Assembly (NCBI RefSeq): GCF_009834535.1 | Contig: NC_045697.1 | Location: 71,178,001-71,242,000, forward strand | Reading direction: 5' to 3' | DNA length: 64,000 bases | Source: Camelus ferus | Lineage: Eukaryota | Shown here: piece after piece, positions 1 through 14,030 of the stretch | Position numbering within the stretch: position 1 is the stretch's first letter | Layout: each line of letters begins with the position of its first letter | Made by a program: the position numbers and the translations under genes | The notes under the pieces: model-generated | Databases searched by the model: none | The model's input: only the letters and a program-made list of their open reading frames with translations | Told to the model about the DNA's origin: nothing

Positions 1-184
1 TGCTACAGCTCACTTGAGGCATGTATATTTCAAATGTAATGTCTTCTGAAATTCACCATTTAGAAGAAATAAAGAAATTTGGAGGAGAGGGGTAGAAGAA
101 CGAGGCAATATTATAAATAAAGCTTTTACAGCACAATGTATAGTCAGGATTTCTGAAGACATTTTCACTAATTCTTCATGCTTA

Positions 185-710
185 GAGCTTTCTTATGGTC
201 TGTCATCTTCTTCGGAGTAAAGCCAAAGCCCTCACAAAATGTCTTATGATTCCCCCCACTCTCCACGCACAACACTCTTTTGACCCCCTCCTCTCTTACT
301 CTCTCATTTCATTCACTCAGCATCAGTCAGCCCAACTCTCAGCCCAACTCTCCCACGACCTCCAGCCGTGCTGTTGCCTCAGAGAGTTAGAATACTCCCC
401 GGTGGGAACACATTCTCCCAGGGAAGCGTCCCCCTCCAAATGTCACTTCCGGGAGACCTTCCCTGACCACCTGATTTTGAATTGAATACACCTTGCATTC
501 CCCATCTTCCTGTCTAGCTTTATTTTCTCCACATAAAATCACCATTTGACATATCATATATCTGACTTTTTTCTGTCATGCTCTCACCAGAATGCAAGCT
601 TCATAAAGACAAAGATGTTTTTGTTGAATACACTCACTACTATGTCTCCAGTGTCTAGAAAAGTGACTGTCACCTAAAAAAAGGTTCAATAAACATTTAT
701 TGGATAAATA
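185..710 (+). mobile_element. LINE-2 (L2) 3' fragment
   Basis: Typical L2 3' motifs: 'caaatgtcacttccgggagaccttccctgaccac', 'agaatgcaagcttcataaagacaaaga', ending 'ttcaataaacatttattggataaataa'. Confidence 0.85.
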
Positions 711-2739
711 AGCTTCTAATACAAGAAATGTAACCCTTAAATGCATTAAGCTCACAGAAATGCCTGGCAATCTGGCACACTGGTTGCAACTCCTTCCACA
801 AGCCTGGTTTGCCTAAAGATGATTTTAAAATTTATAAGTAAAATGTTGGCTATTTTGTACATGTCCTTTTGAGTATCTCTGAAATACAGAATTCTTTGGA
901 TTTCAAAGAATTTATTGGTTCCAGACTGTTTTTATCAGCAACAGGCATAGCAAATTAGAATTCAATTATGTGTTTAATTATATTTTTAAAACAATATTAA
1001 ACATATACCTTTTATGACAGTTAAGAGGAATTTAAAATAGAAAAAAATAACAATTCCTTTATGCATCTTGTATATACAATACTCAAAGGAAATTATATAT
1101 AAACTACTAATAGGAAAACAAAGACCTTCCTTTTCATCTCTAAAACATGTGGGATAGATGTGGATTTAACAGTGAGAACTTTGTGTCAAACTACATAAAA
1201 ATGCAAACAGCAACATTAGAAACATTAACAATCAAGTTTTCAGTTTTCTCCGTCAAGATATACATTTGTATGAGTGTGGAGAATTAGAAAAAATGGTAAA
1301 GTACAAATACACAATGTGTATATGCTTTGAGTAGAAAATATTTATGGATAATAAGCTGTGTTGTATATAATACTGTCACGATACGGATGCTGAAATACCT
1401 GAAATTTTGAAACTCTAACATTAAAGTAGTACCTTTCTTTCTACGTGAAAAAAACCATATAGTTATAGAACCTAAGCTTTGAAGGATTTTAATATAAACG
1501 ATGAACAGATTTGTGCCGACATAGCTCAGCCAAGATCTGAGTTGTAAACTTTCTGAGAATCCAGGCTCCTTGCAATCACACATGTGCACACGCACACGCA
1601 CACACCCCCACGCACACACAGAATTTCCTTCCTTTCTCCATTCTAATTGTTGTTACATCCAGCATCTAGGCAAAATTTCCCAAACCAAGTGACAAAATTA
1701 AAAATGTAGGACCTCTGATATCTTGATATGACAGTTGGGAAACAATCGTATATTTGGATTGCAAAGGTTTCCTTTAGATATGGCACACTGGTAACAGAAT
1801 GACCCAAGTCAGAGACTGCAGACTACTGATACGGGGGAAAAATTTGCTAGATGAGTAAGTATCTATGAAGACTCAACAACTGTCAAAACTGAAACAAGTT
1901 CTAACTCAGTGAACTCACCAGTTTGGAATATTACTGAATTAAAGCTCCAAATGCACAGCTGTGTTTCTTGCACTACATTATTAGGAAGCAGTAATTACAA
2001 CCTGGATCTTTTTTGTATTGAAATAAACACATGTATTTGGAGGAAGTAAAATGCTTGCAAGATTGTTCCCTAGAAAGCTTAAGACTTCAAAATATGTTCC
2101 ACTTACAAAGGCCTCTCAGGGCTGTATTTCTCAGGCAACTTAGAAGAACATGACCATTCACATCATTTACCTTTGCAGTCATGATGTCTTCTGATATACA
2201 TGTTTGAGAAATATTGATATCATGAAGTATTATCACTTCAGGTACAGAAAAGAAAATAGACACACAAGCACAAGCCTGTCCATGACTGAGCAGGATTATG
2301 TTTTTATGTTTTGGAAAGTGCATAGTATCAAACATACAAATGTTCACAGTCCTTTATAATTAAACAGGGTCTACTGTAAATAAGTATTCCAAATAAAATA
2401 AATGTGGTCCTATCAGTAAGTCCAGTGTTGGGTATATGGTATATAGGTTTCTACATTCATATGTACACATAAACAGACATTTACCTATAATATATACAAA
2501 CACGCATATACATGCACACACATATTATTTAACAAAGACAACACATTTTGAGGGAAAGAAACTTTTCACTATACTTGAATTCTTCCTAGGAAAATAAATG
2601 CTCATCAATTTCTTAAGAGACTCATTGGGTTATGTATAATTTAAAATTCAACCAAGTCTTTTGCTTATGTCTGACACCTGCCTTCTCCTGATCATCTGTA
2701 AATTCTCCTCTCCCATTTTATATACCAGATTGTGTAGTC

Positions 2740-2920
2740 ATATATAATGCTAGAATCATTCATCAACTGCCTTTCTCTCATTCTATGGTAGAACTGGTAA
2801 AACAGTAAGAAATACTTTATGTATCACTGAATATTTAGCCTGAAACCTAGCAAATAGAAGGCCACTCGGTAAGTATTTGTTGGATTAACTAAGTGAATGA
2901 ATGAATGAATAAATAAATAA
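2740..2920 (+). mobile_element. L2 3' terminal fragment
   Basis: 'gccactcggtaagtatttgttggattaactaagtgaatgaatgaatgaat' matches the L2 3' end with its (TGAA)n tail. Confidence 0.7.
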
Positions 2921-3054
2921 GCACTTAATTCTAACTTCTCATCCTGATGTTTCAATCACAACAGTGGTGCTTCAACAACAGTGAACAGGATTCCTCTCAT
3001 CATCTCACAGGCCTTTTCAGGGAGATTCTCTCTTAGTGACTAAAGCTGTAATTG

Positions 3055-3645
3055 ACCAAACAAGGCTTCTGCATAGGGAAATAAACCATCAACAAAATGA
3101 AAAGTCAACCTACTGAATACAAGAACATATCTGCAAGTTGTGTATTCAACAAGGGGTTAAGATCCCAAATATGAAAGAACTCATACAACTTGACAGCAAA
3201 AACACCCAATCTGATTTTAAAAAATGGGCAGATGATCTGAACATACATTTTTCCAAAGACATACAGATGTCTAACAGACACATAAAAAGACACTCAATAT
3301 CATTAAGTATCAGGGAAATGCAAATCAAAACTACCATGAGATATCACTTCACACCCGTTAGAATGGCTATCATCAAAAAGACAAGAACAACAAACATTGG
3401 AGAGGATACAGAGAAAGGGAACTGCTGGCAGGACTGTAAACTGGTGCAGCCACTATGGAAAACAATATGGAGATTACTCAAAAAAGTAGGAATAGAACTA
3501 CCACATAACCCACCTAGTCCACCTCTGGGTATTTATCCAAAGAACACAAAAACACTAATTTGAAAAGATACATGCCCCTGCTGTGTTCACTGCAGCATTA
3601 TTTACAATAGCCAAGATATGGAAACAACTCAAGTGTCCACCAGAT
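3055..3645 (+). mobile_element. LINE-1 fragment encoding the C-terminal part of ORF2p (inactive remnant)
   Basis: ORF 3138-3563 gives [54 protein letters not shown]...CKLVQPLWKTIWRLLKK...LGIYPK, the conserved L1 ORF2p C-terminal region. A stop codon follows and there is no RT or endonuclease domain. Confidence 0.95.
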
Positions 3646-4029
3646 CCCTTAGTGCAAAGATACTGATTGTTCTTCAGGATTCAACTACCAGATATCCTAA
3701 TATAGACAGATAAGCATTGCAGCACAATAGTGTGACTTTGTGATAGCCTCTTCCAACTGGCACTTTTCAAGAGCTGTATTTGTTTCCCATCCTGACCCAT
3801 TCATGCTTTGCAAAAGTAAACCTTGACTTGAATAAACAACTAGGGAGTTTGCACTGTGCTACCAGGTGAAGAAAGTGAATCTAAAGGCAGCATTAATGTA
3901 AACTGAGCCCTTAGGAGTTAGTCAAAAGCTAGTCAGTCTCTACTTTAATCCCTAGGCCAAGTGTTGAGTTAATTGCTCCCTTCTGTATTATGCATTATTC
4001 CCAGTGTCATCCACAAGGCAGCGGTAAAA

Positions 4030-4215
4030 AGGGCAGCAGGAAAAGGGAGAGGTAGAAGAGGAGGGAATTAAAACGTTGGTAGATAATGCTTTTAGAGTGA
4101 CAGTATTTTTTTTTTCAGGCAAATAGGACAAGAAAGGAAAGTAAGAAGATAACAAATAGAGAATTGGGAAAAAATGGAAGAAAAAGTCCAAGGAATGGGA
4201 AAAAGACAAAAAGAT
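4030..4215 (+). repeat. Purine-rich (GA) low-complexity tract
   Basis: Stretch dominated by A/G, e.g. 'ggaaaagggagaggtagaagaggagggaa', 'gggaaaaaatggaagaaaaag'. Confidence 0.5.
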
Positions 4216-4569
4216 ATTTACAGATATTCAAAGTCTATATTTGGAATCATTGATCACTGGTCTTGAATATATATATATATATATACACATACACACACCT
4301 TGTTTTTCTCCATTAAAATTTTTTTCAGCCACAAAAAGTAATTCAATACCCATAAAATCATACTGATTTGAGTTATAAAAGACTTTAATCAAAGTATCTT
4401 GACAATTCTTGAACCTTAAATTCTAACAATTTTTAGAAACCGTGTATCATAAATCAAAAAACAAATTTACTCTATCATTCAGATTTTTCCTCTCCAGAAA
4501 TGGATCTTAAATTTTATCTATCCCCATCTGTATCTACGTTTAGACCAACATCACCTCTACCTGAATTAT

Positions 4570-4716
4570 AGTTTTCACTGACTGTACAATATATAATTAT
4601 TTTGTAAGTCTCCAAAAAAAGAAAAAAAAATACTGCCAATTTTAATTTATAACTTCATCAATTGTAAGATGCATCTCAATTTCAGAAAAATCTTCATTTT
4701 TTAGTGGACGAAATCT
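4570..4716. mobile_element. Degenerate Tc2-type DNA transposon remnant (MER104/Kanga-like)
   Basis: 'catcaattgtaagatgcatctcaatttcaga' resembles the MER104/Kanga subterminal motif in reverse orientation. Confidence 0.5.
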
Positions 4717-5804
4717 CCCAACTGGCTCTCTGCCTCCTATCTCATGTCCCAGCTTCCCCCCCACCCTTCGCTCTGCCACGTGAATTATCTGCTGGTACTA
4801 GCAGTGCCCAGCTAAAAGGCCACTTGTCTCCTTCTGCCTGCGTAAGTGAAATCTAAATTAGATATTAATAGCATGCAAAGTTTTTCACAAATTAGGCCCA
4901 ATCAGAGCTCTAGTCTCACTTTCTGTCACTCCCATAACATTATTCTGTTCTAAAAATCACAACAAGGGCCTCTATTTTCCATAACTACAGTATGCTCTTT
5001 TCAAGACTTACTATGCATGATATGAACCATCCCTTTCCATGAACTGTCTCTCCTCCCCACCTTCCTCATCTAGGAAAATTCTACTCATACTTCATAACTT
5101 GTCATTTATGAAGCATTTTCAATACACAAAGTTATTCCAAGGTGCACATGGGTATGGATAATTTTGTAAGAATCAGTTCCCAGATCTTCAATTCCCAAAT
5201 CTCCTCTTTCTCAAAAGGAAAAAACATCCTGAAAACACTTTGGTTCTTCTTTCCCATCCAAACCCACCCCCAACCCCTTTTCTTTCACAATTGTTCTACT
5301 CTACTTTACAAATCTTATAAGGATGCATTGCTCAGGGCTTAAAAACCTCCAGATCACCCAGCACCTGGAGCCAACTCAGAGCTCTAGTCTGGAGAAAGAG
5401 TCCTGTAAGAACCAAGTAAGAAATGTGAAAGGCAGAATCTTGGTTCATCTGGCCACTAACTCATAGCCAGATTCCATGCCATTATCTACTATAGGTCAGA
5501 CTGTTAATCTCTCAGTCCACCTAACTTAGAATTAGAAATCAGAAATGAGATGCTTGGGGAAAGAGGTATAGTTTATTTAAACTGAAAAATGAAGTCAAAG
5601 TTTTTCTTACCAAAAGTTAAGTCTGATTTGGCTTATTGGTTTGACAAATAAAGATTAGCTTTACTTACTAGATAATGTGGTAGACGTTTTACAATTTGAA
5701 ATAAATCTAGTGCTAGAGGCTTTGACCAAAAAGATACATAGATATTTAAAGCACATTTATAACACACCATAGGCAAAAGATGGTATCTTTTACACATGCA
5801 TTAT

Positions 5805-5965
5805 AATACTTACATAGCTTGCTATAAATACTTGTTACATGTCTGTCTCCCTCCATTGGACCATGATTTACCTATAAAACTTAAACTGTGTGTTAGTCAT
5901 CTCTCATTCTCTTAAATATCTCATTTATTCTAGGTGTTCAATAAATTTTTGATAGATTATTGGAT
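5805..5965 (+). mobile_element. L2 3' terminal fragment
   Basis: 'catgtctgtctccctccattggaccatga...taggtgttcaataaatttttgatagat'. Confidence 0.65.
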
Positions 5966-7579
5966 CAACCAGAGCTATACTGAAATCTCCTTGTTAAAAA
6001 TTCCTACCAGGACACAGTAGGAATCACATTGCCGAATAAATAAAAGAACCCCTTCCAACCAGAATGCTCATTCCCTCCTGAATTACCATTTCATATTACC
6101 TGTAACTCACTCAGCATTCTATGCTAAAAAAAAAAAATAGTGTATTTCATATTTTCTCTAGGACTCAAAAGCTCCCCAAGGTTAAGACCCATATCAGATG
6201 GACCTCGGTCATCACCTGAGCACCTAAGGTCAACCTTACTCAACATTTTTGAGTGAATTACTAATTTAAAATAAACACATCAGCCTTTGCTCTTTGGAAC
6301 ACTGGTAGCTAACTTAATCTTACTGCCCATGTGCTTTGGCTCAGGATGGAAAGGGTAATTCCTAAAAAGAAAAAAGTGCTGTCAGTATATGAATATGATG
6401 CCACTGACTCACCACGAGCAGAGCAGGCATGCTGAGTTATTTTTTCCAGTAGTAATGATGAATTGTGCTGACTGAGCCATTTGGTTCCTCCTGGGACCAA
6501 TGGCACACATTTTTTTTTTTTTAATATAGCCTGCCAGGATTTAGGATATAATTTTTTGGCCACTGAATAGGGTTAGTTTTTTTTTTTTCTTTAAAAATAA
6601 TTGTAGCTATTTCACTCAAAGTGACAATACTAGGAACGAAAGAAAATAACCAAGAGCATATGCAATAGTGATAAATGCTTACTCTCTTGTTGGGAGACTT
6701 TGGACCTTCTGGTCATCTCTAATTCCTTCACACATGAGTCAGTTTTGGTCTCAATATCTTATGACTGACCACATGTACACCAAACACTTACGAGCTGATT
6801 TATATGCTTTCCTTTGAGTTGCTTGCTGGTCCCACCACAGATCAGCTTCATAGAAAAGGGAATATCTGCCGCTTTTTAATTTCTATATAAAACCTCCTTC
6901 CTAACACTCTTGAGTTTAAATTCATTTCATGATCTTATGTAAAAAATACTACTATTGTGTTTGTTCATTGATTCTGAAAATGTCAATTTTAAAAACTGAT
7001 GTTAGTCTATTTTTAATAGGATATATTCTGGTATTCCAACAGCAGAAAAGAAATCCTCAGTAAATACAAGAAGCACACTATACATTTACTAATGTGTATT
7101 AAAATGCTGATTACTTAAACTTAACAATGAAATAAAATCAGGCTGCTTTCCTCACATTCATTTGAAGGATTTGAATGTAAATTGACATCCTGCTTCCAGG
7201 CGATGTTGTCAACATGAAACATCACAATGACATTTTAAAACTCACAACTACCTCATTATCTCTTAATTTCTTATTTCTTATTTATTCATTTATTTGTCAG
7301 TTATGCTGCTCTCTCCCAAAATAAACTATCTAAACTCAATGTGAATTCCAAAAATAAGGTCTGGGTTTTTTTGGTTTGTTTTTTTTTTAAACCTATGCCT
7401 ACTTTCAAAAGAAAGGCCACCTTGCCAATAAGTAAACTTGAAGTCACTATACCTAAAATATAAATGAATCTTCAATAACTTATATTAAAAAAAATTTTAA
7501 CATATGCAGACATAAAGAATGGCTATCTAGAAACATGAATAAGGCAGTAAGCAGGTAAAAAGGATTTTAAACTTGACAT

Positions 7580-7675
7580 TAGAGTAGCCAACCATCCTGG
7601 ATTGCATGGAAGTGGGGAGGATGTTTCCCTGATGCAGGTCTTTCTAAAGCACTAAAACCAGAAAAGTCTCCCCAC
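7580..7675 (+). mobile_element. hAT-Blackjack MITE fragment (MER81-like)
   Basis: 'tagagtagccaaccatcctggattgc...tttccctgatgcaggtctttc..gcactaaaaccagaaaagtc' follows the MER81 consensus order. Confidence 0.6.
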
Positions 7676-9489
7676 TCGACATAGCAAGCTGAAACTTCAG
7701 CTTCTCCCTTTATATGGAAGTAAACTAAAAGTAAATCAGAAACATTTTGAAGAGAAAATAAATGTATGCCTTTAACAATTTGATTTTCTATAATACTTTA
7801 GAATAATGCTTTTTTTTTTTTGGTCTGCATATTTTAAGGAAAATTGTAAATAAATATACGCTAAAAAGTCTTTTGAAAATCCACCCTGTAATTTAGGGAA
7901 TTTAGTCTACAATGTTTATTTTTTATTTTCTATCATCAAGTTAACTGGCCTTTATGTGTGAGTTTAAACATCAAGAAATTAAATAAAATGAACTAAATTA
8001 TTAAGAATTTAACTCAAATGAAAATTTTGTTAAGTCCTAATCCAGAAATTTTCAGGTCTGTTTTAATGAAATGCTTTAGGTTAAGTAAAGTTCCTACTCA
8101 TCAATTTTTATTTTTTGTATTGCAAATTGGTACTAAATTGCTTGGCAAATTATTAAAAGTAATGGAAAGCCCATCCATTTTAACATGAGTTAAGGCAGTT
8201 AATAGTTAGGGCAGCAAGAAATTTACATGTTCAAAGTGAAAAATGTACAAAGACAAATATTAGCATGGCATGATTACCTTTCACTGAGTCATAGCTTTTT
8301 GCCTGAAAACCAAATTATCCTCTGGTTTGCTTTCTAATCATGAACTCAGAGAGTCAGAATATTATTCCAAAATTATTAAACCAGCAAAGAATTCATTTGC
8401 TTAAAAGAAATGGGAAGACTTCAATGGAGTTATTTACAAATATTTACTGCAAACAGGCTTTGTTTACAACAAACTTTTCAGTCATACATATGTTACTAGT
8501 GAATGAACGTTAAGAAAAGTCGACTTTTTAACATATAAATTATTAATGCATGAAAGATGCTCTGTGAGATATGATCAAAATAATAAAACTTTTTAAAAAG
8601 TATATACCTGAATTTAAACTGCCCAAATTATACATAATTCATACAATTCAAGAAACTAAACCCTTTTACAAGCTAAGTCTGTCTAACTCATTTTGGGGGC
8701 TTGGGGGGCTGAAGTGCCTTAGAAGAAAATCAAAATGAAAATGACTTTTTGAAGGCATCTCATTTGGGACTCAAAGAACACTAATGAGGTTGACCATTCT
8801 CCCTACCAATCAGCTTCAATCTACTCCACTTCATATTTTGAAAGGGTTACCAGACCTATTCATACACACACAAAAGCAGAATTATATATATGGACATACA
8901 CATATACAGATACACAATGCATGCATTTGCATCAGTGTTAGCACTAACATGAATATAAAATCATGTGTAATGGGGAATGACTGCTAATTAAAACCTTCTC
9001 CCTGAACTAGACTATAAGACTCATGAGGGCAGGGGTTGCTTATATTTCTCTGCCAAATCCCTAAAGCCTGTTAAGATGCTCAGTAAACACGTTAGTATTT
9101 TAGTTAACAACTAGTTGAAATAATCAGATTTCTTCTTGGTAGCAGTTTCTCATATAACTAATATTTATCCCCAAATAACACAGTATAATTGTTTTTGACA
9201 GCCAACTTGTCTAAAATTGTTTTACTTTATATGTAGCAAGGAACTTCCCCCACTGACGTTACAGAGAAGGTAATACATTTAACTAAAATGACCATTAACT
9301 CTTTTAGTAATAATATATCCTTTGCACTGTGCAGGGTCCACATGACTTTCCAATAAAATTGACCATTTTTCTGGATTTAAATTTAAATCTATGTTTTAGC
9401 TTGAAAGGATCTAAAAAAAGACAGTGAGTTAAAAAGTTAATTTGCCATGACTTGACTATATAAGACCACTGTATTACCACAGCTGATGA

Positions 9490-10085
9490 TTCATTCAAAT
9501 AACACAGAAAGAACATGAACCCTGCCAGGCACAGGGCCAGACACTGATAAAACAAAGGGAATAAGATAGACACCAGCCCTGGACTCACAGCATCTGTAGT
9601 ACTGTAGAGTATCTAGATGAAAGTAACCAAAGGAGCAAATAAAATAAGCACGAATGATGGCAAGAACAATGAATGAAAGGGGGTACAAAGAGAGGAAAAG
9701 GGGAAATCAGCTTTCAATAGCATGGTCACGCAGGCTCTGCTGAGGAAGTGACATTTCAGTCAAGACCTGAAGGATGAGAAAAACTCAGTCATGTGAAAAG
9801 CAGAAGGAAGAATGTTCTAGGCAAAGAAAACAGCAAGAGCAGAAGCCTGAGGTGAGAAAGAGCTTAGCATTTAGAAGAACTGAAAGAATCTTGTTGATGA
9901 GCAAAGTTGAAGGGGGCTGGGGTGGGGACACCATCTATGGTTGAAGAAGTAGGCATCAAAGAATATATGTTCAAGTGCAGGGAGCCATTGAAGAGTTTAG
10001 GTAGGAGACTGCTTAGATTCAATCGCTGTCTCTCCTTGCCATGTGGAGAATGAGAGTGAGGAGCAAACACGGGAACTGATGGTGG
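9490..10085 (-). mobile_element. L2 fragment
   Basis: Reverse-orientation L2: 'ttcattcaaataacac...', 'gaggaagtgacatttcagtcaagacctgaaggatgagaa', 'gggagccattgaagagtttag'. Confidence 0.85.
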
Positions 10086-10147
10086 CTAAACTCTTGCCTT
10101 GATACATTTATTATGTTTCACCATCGGTATAAGGCAAGGGAGCACCT

Positions 10148-10402
10148 TTGTTAATTGAAGCTTAGTTGATTTATAATATTACATTAGTTTCAGGTATACA
10201 GCCTAGTGAGTCAGTATTTTTATAGCTTATACTCCATTAAAAGTTATTACAAGATAATGGTTATATTTCCCTGTGCTGTAAAATGTATCCTTGTTGCTCA
10301 TCAATTTTAAACACAGTAGTTTGTATCTCTAGATTCTATACCCGTACCTTGCCCCTCCTCTCTTTCCTCTCTACAAGGTAACTTGTTTTCTGTATCTATG
10401 AG
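10148..10402 (-). mobile_element. 5'-truncated LINE-1 3' UTR with target-site duplication
   Basis: 'ttaattgaagcttagttgatttataatattacattagtttcaggtatacagc...ttatatttccctgtgctgta' is a laurasiatherian L1 3' end. Flanked by the direct repeat 'gggagca' (10138 and 10405). Confidence 0.85.
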
Positions 10403-10509
10403 AGGGGAGCATTTTTTAAAATTGTTTCTTTTCCCCTGAATCTGAATATTTTTTTCAACCACCCCTGATTTTTCTATTACCAACACATTATTTCAAATAA
10501 GCATAATCA

Positions 10510-10790
10510 ATATGTCTCTAAGGAAAGCTCTGGGGTCAGAATGTCAGTTTTTAAAATCTTGGCTCTTCTGCTTACTAATTTTATAAAGATTCTAGTTTTC
10601 GTGTTCTCACCTGTAAAGTTGGGGTAAGAATAGAACTTATTTCCTAGAGATATTATGAAGATTATATCACATAATTTGTGTAAACCTCTTAGAACAGTAG
10701 ACTAATAAGAATTAAATAAAATAATCTATATAAAGCACTTGGCAACTGGATCATTATAATCAGAATAGTCATTATTATTTTAGTAATAAT
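10510..10790 (+). mobile_element. MIR SINE
   Basis: 'gctctggggtcaga...ggctcttctgcttactaa...ttctcacctgtaaagttgggg...tataaagcacttggca'. Confidence 0.75.
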
Positions 10791-11383
10791 TATTATAAAA
10801 AAGCAGCCTCAGAAGTCCTCCTTCATTGGCTACCCTTTTTCTATTAGTTTGTTCACATCCAGCAGAAAATACCACAACTGCAATTGTGGTTTCCCAACTA
10901 ATTAGATCTATGTGCATATGGTAACAGTTTCCTGTGAGTGAGTAAATATAACATTATCATTGTGTTATCTGACTCATCCGAATTAGCTTTATCCAGAATT
11001 TGGGGAGTGGAGGACTTGGGTCTTAATGTGGAGATTCAATTATTGAGTAGTTAAACAAAGTCCACACAAGAAAGCATAAAAAACATAATACAAGACAAGT
11101 TTATATTAGAGAAGGCAAACCAGCAATGAGCTTACTTAAAGATTAGGTTCACTACCATCAACATATATTTTAGAAGTATTTTATCCATACTAATCCTAAC
11201 AGATTCTTAGCTTCTTAATTTAGGCCTTCATAATACCATGTATTAGGTCTGTAACGACCACAAGTTTGCTTTCGTTTTTGTAGGTTTTGAATAGAGCTCA
11301 AATTCTTGAAAGAATGATCATGTCTGCTTTTGCTCTGTGATGTCCCCATTGCCTAGATCAAAGTCAGAGTCTTGGTAGGCAAC

Positions 11384-11757
11384 TGTAGTAGATACTTTAG
11401 TGTGTTGCCCAGATCCCCCAGCTCCTTTCTGAATCAAGGCTCTCCTTCCCCCAGCTTCCAAGGATACTGGCTGCTGACTACTCACAACTGCATCACTCAA
11501 ATGTGCACCATTTCTCTGGTCAATGCAGGACTGCACAGGTCCAGTCGTCTCGCCTCCATTCTGGACAACTCTGAAGGGCCATCTAGATCCAGAGCTCACA
11601 ATAGGATCAGCTCACACATCTATCATGGTTCAACATCTCCCTCTTTCCAATTTTCACTCTCTTCAGCACCCCCACAGTGTAGGCCGTGAGAGTGCTCACC
11701 AGTAGACTTCCTACACACAAATCCTACTCTGTTTCCCAGCAACTCGCCCCTAAGACA
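11384..11757 (+). mobile_element. ERVL solo LTR (LTR16C-like)
   Basis: TG...CA termini ('tgtagtagatac' ... 'cctaagaca') and LTR16C-type motifs 'gcccagatccccc' and 'ggacaactctgaagggccatc..ccagagctc'. Confidence 0.85.
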
Positions 11758-13884
11758 TCACCCAACAAATACTGTAGAATAAATGAATGACTTTGACACT
11801 AACTAGATCCATACATATCTTCTTTCTAAAGAAGAACACATCCTAAAGCATAAACCAGCAGTTAAATTGATAATAAAGATGTGTGAACAAGCTTTAAAAA
11901 CACAGTCATCATTTCATTTCACTATTTTGTATTTAATGTTAAGTAGTCAAACAAAAATAATTACTACCTGAACTGACTTAATATCTTATTCTTCACTCTG
12001 AGACTGCAAACCATTTAAAAGGCTGATGACATTAATTCTATAGGTATCTCAAGAAAATTATTTTTCTTTTTATAATGAAAATAATGTGAGGTTAAAATAG
12101 ATGTCTTGGACCAGTTCATTTCTTTTAAACCTCCACACCCAACTACTTTTTTTTCCTTAAGAATAGACCTAATATTTCCTCACAGGCCAAAATGATTTAA
12201 TTCAAGAAATAAAGAATTCAGTTTCATTAAGACAAGTTAATATCTTACCTTTAAGCTAAAAGAGTAGCTTATAAACTTTTGAGTATAATTCTAATTTAGT
12301 ATATAAACTGATAGAAAATGAATATATAATGAAGAAAGTTTTAGTTTGAAGATGAAAAACAAGGAAAATTTTAAAAATGGAGGTGCGGGAAATACATTCA
12401 AGCTTATTTTCCTTCATATAAAATACTTATATCCTGGGGCTATTGACACTCTTAAAGTGCATAGCTTAAAGAGTTGGGATTCAAAAATCATAGTTTTTCT
12501 ACTTAAAAAATCAATATTTATCTCAGACCACAAGCTAGAATCTTAATTGTTTTGGTGGGAAGCACTTCAATTTTAATGGATGTAAAAAGAGAATCTACTT
12601 TGCTCACCAGAAACTAGAATTATGTTCTCAAATACATCCTATCATCTATCCCTCAACTAGCCTTCTGAGACTTAATTCTCTCCCTGACCTAAGACGTTTC
12701 GAATGTCTTACACAATTATTACTTTACTGGCACTTTGATGACTCAGAATTATTTTTAGGATCAAAACTCTAACATAACCATTCTCCCATTTGCCAGTACG
12801 CCCTAGCATAACTGAAACATACACATCTATGGCTGACAATCAAATTAACTTTCTCCATCTACAAATGCTATATTCAAAGAAAGTTTATTGAAGGTCAGGA
12901 AACAGGTTGTGAGGAGTTACTGGATCCCATCAGCAGAACTTTAAACAAACGTTCATTCCTGCCAGTAACTGGGAGAGGTTCTGTGTGTCACTTAGGCTGT
13001 TTGGCTCCCTTGCACTTTGTTATATGCAAATACAAACATCTCACTCTTGTCAGAAGCAAATAAATAAGTCATTTTTGTAAAAAGTAACAGTCTCACTCAA
13101 CTCTACTTTCCAACAAAATTTAAACATTTTGTTTACTATCATTCCTTAAAGCACTAACGCACTCTGATGGCACTGCGGATTACTCCCTTCCTCTTTCTCA
13201 GTAATGTCAACATCTCAATAGTCTAATTTAAAGCATACAAACATAACAAGAGGCAAAAGAATAACAACAACAACAACAACAATAATAAATAATACAAAAT
13301 TCTGTGTTTACAAAGAGAAGAAAAGCAATTCCAGAAGAAAATAATTCTACCCAAGTATAGGAGAGGCTCTAGAGCGAGTTAGGATATTTAATTATCACAG
13401 TTTGGAAGCGAGAAGCAGCAATGGAGAAAAGCAAGTCAACAGTAAACATGAGAGTGATAGTTAAACACAAATTCATGCGTAGATAGGAAAATGCAAAAAA
13501 TGATGATTCACCTCTGCTTTACCAACTCTTCTCCAATCATATATTAAGATAAATATCTATAATATATCATATGTTAAGATAAAATATGAAGACACATGAA
13601 GACATACTAAGGTTCAAAGCTGCTATGGGCCTTGTACACAGAATAGGCACTCAGTACAAGAAGGTGATATTCCAACACTGGCTAAAACTAACTTGTCAAA
13701 ATCACCATTCCTTCAGGTAATCAGTTACAACAGGGATTCCATATACATGGCAAGCCAGTCCAAAATCTCACTCTTTAGGCATGATAAAAGTTAAAACGTA
13801 GCTCCCTTGTGGTGGCACTGGTGGTGGGCTCAAACACATTTTACTGTGCACTGACATCAGGTGGATCTTAGGTGAATGTACAGA

Positions 13885-14030
13885 GGGGAAGGATATAGCT
13901 CAGTGGTAGAGCACTTGCTTAGCATGCATGAGGTCTGAGTTTAATCTCCAGTACCGCCATTAAAAAAATAAACAAATAAACCTAATTACCCACCTCAGAT
14001 TTTTAAGAATAAAAAAATTAATATAAAATA
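13885..14030 (+). mobile_element. tRNA-Ala-derived SINE (camelid vic-1 type)
   Basis: 'ggggaaggatatagctcagtggtagagcacttgcttagcatgcatgaggtc' (A box, tRNA-Ala AGC-like head) followed by 'aaataaacctaattaccc' and an A-rich tail. Confidence 0.9.

Noticed and set aside
3138..3563. 141-aa ORF as a host gene
   Set aside because: It is the C-terminal piece of LINE-1 ORF2p, without an authentic start and followed by a premature stop.
4902..5390. 15-bp direct repeat 'tcagagctctagtct' as a target-site duplication
   Set aside because: The enclosed sequence looks like old degraded L2 and unique DNA without a poly(A) tail or element termini, so there is no young insertion to match a perfect TSD.
13885..13960. 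tRNA-Ala(AGC) gene (and similar hits at the other five SINE heads)
   Set aside because: Degenerate stems, a shared non-tRNA tail, A-rich ends and TSDs show these are tRNA-derived SINEs.
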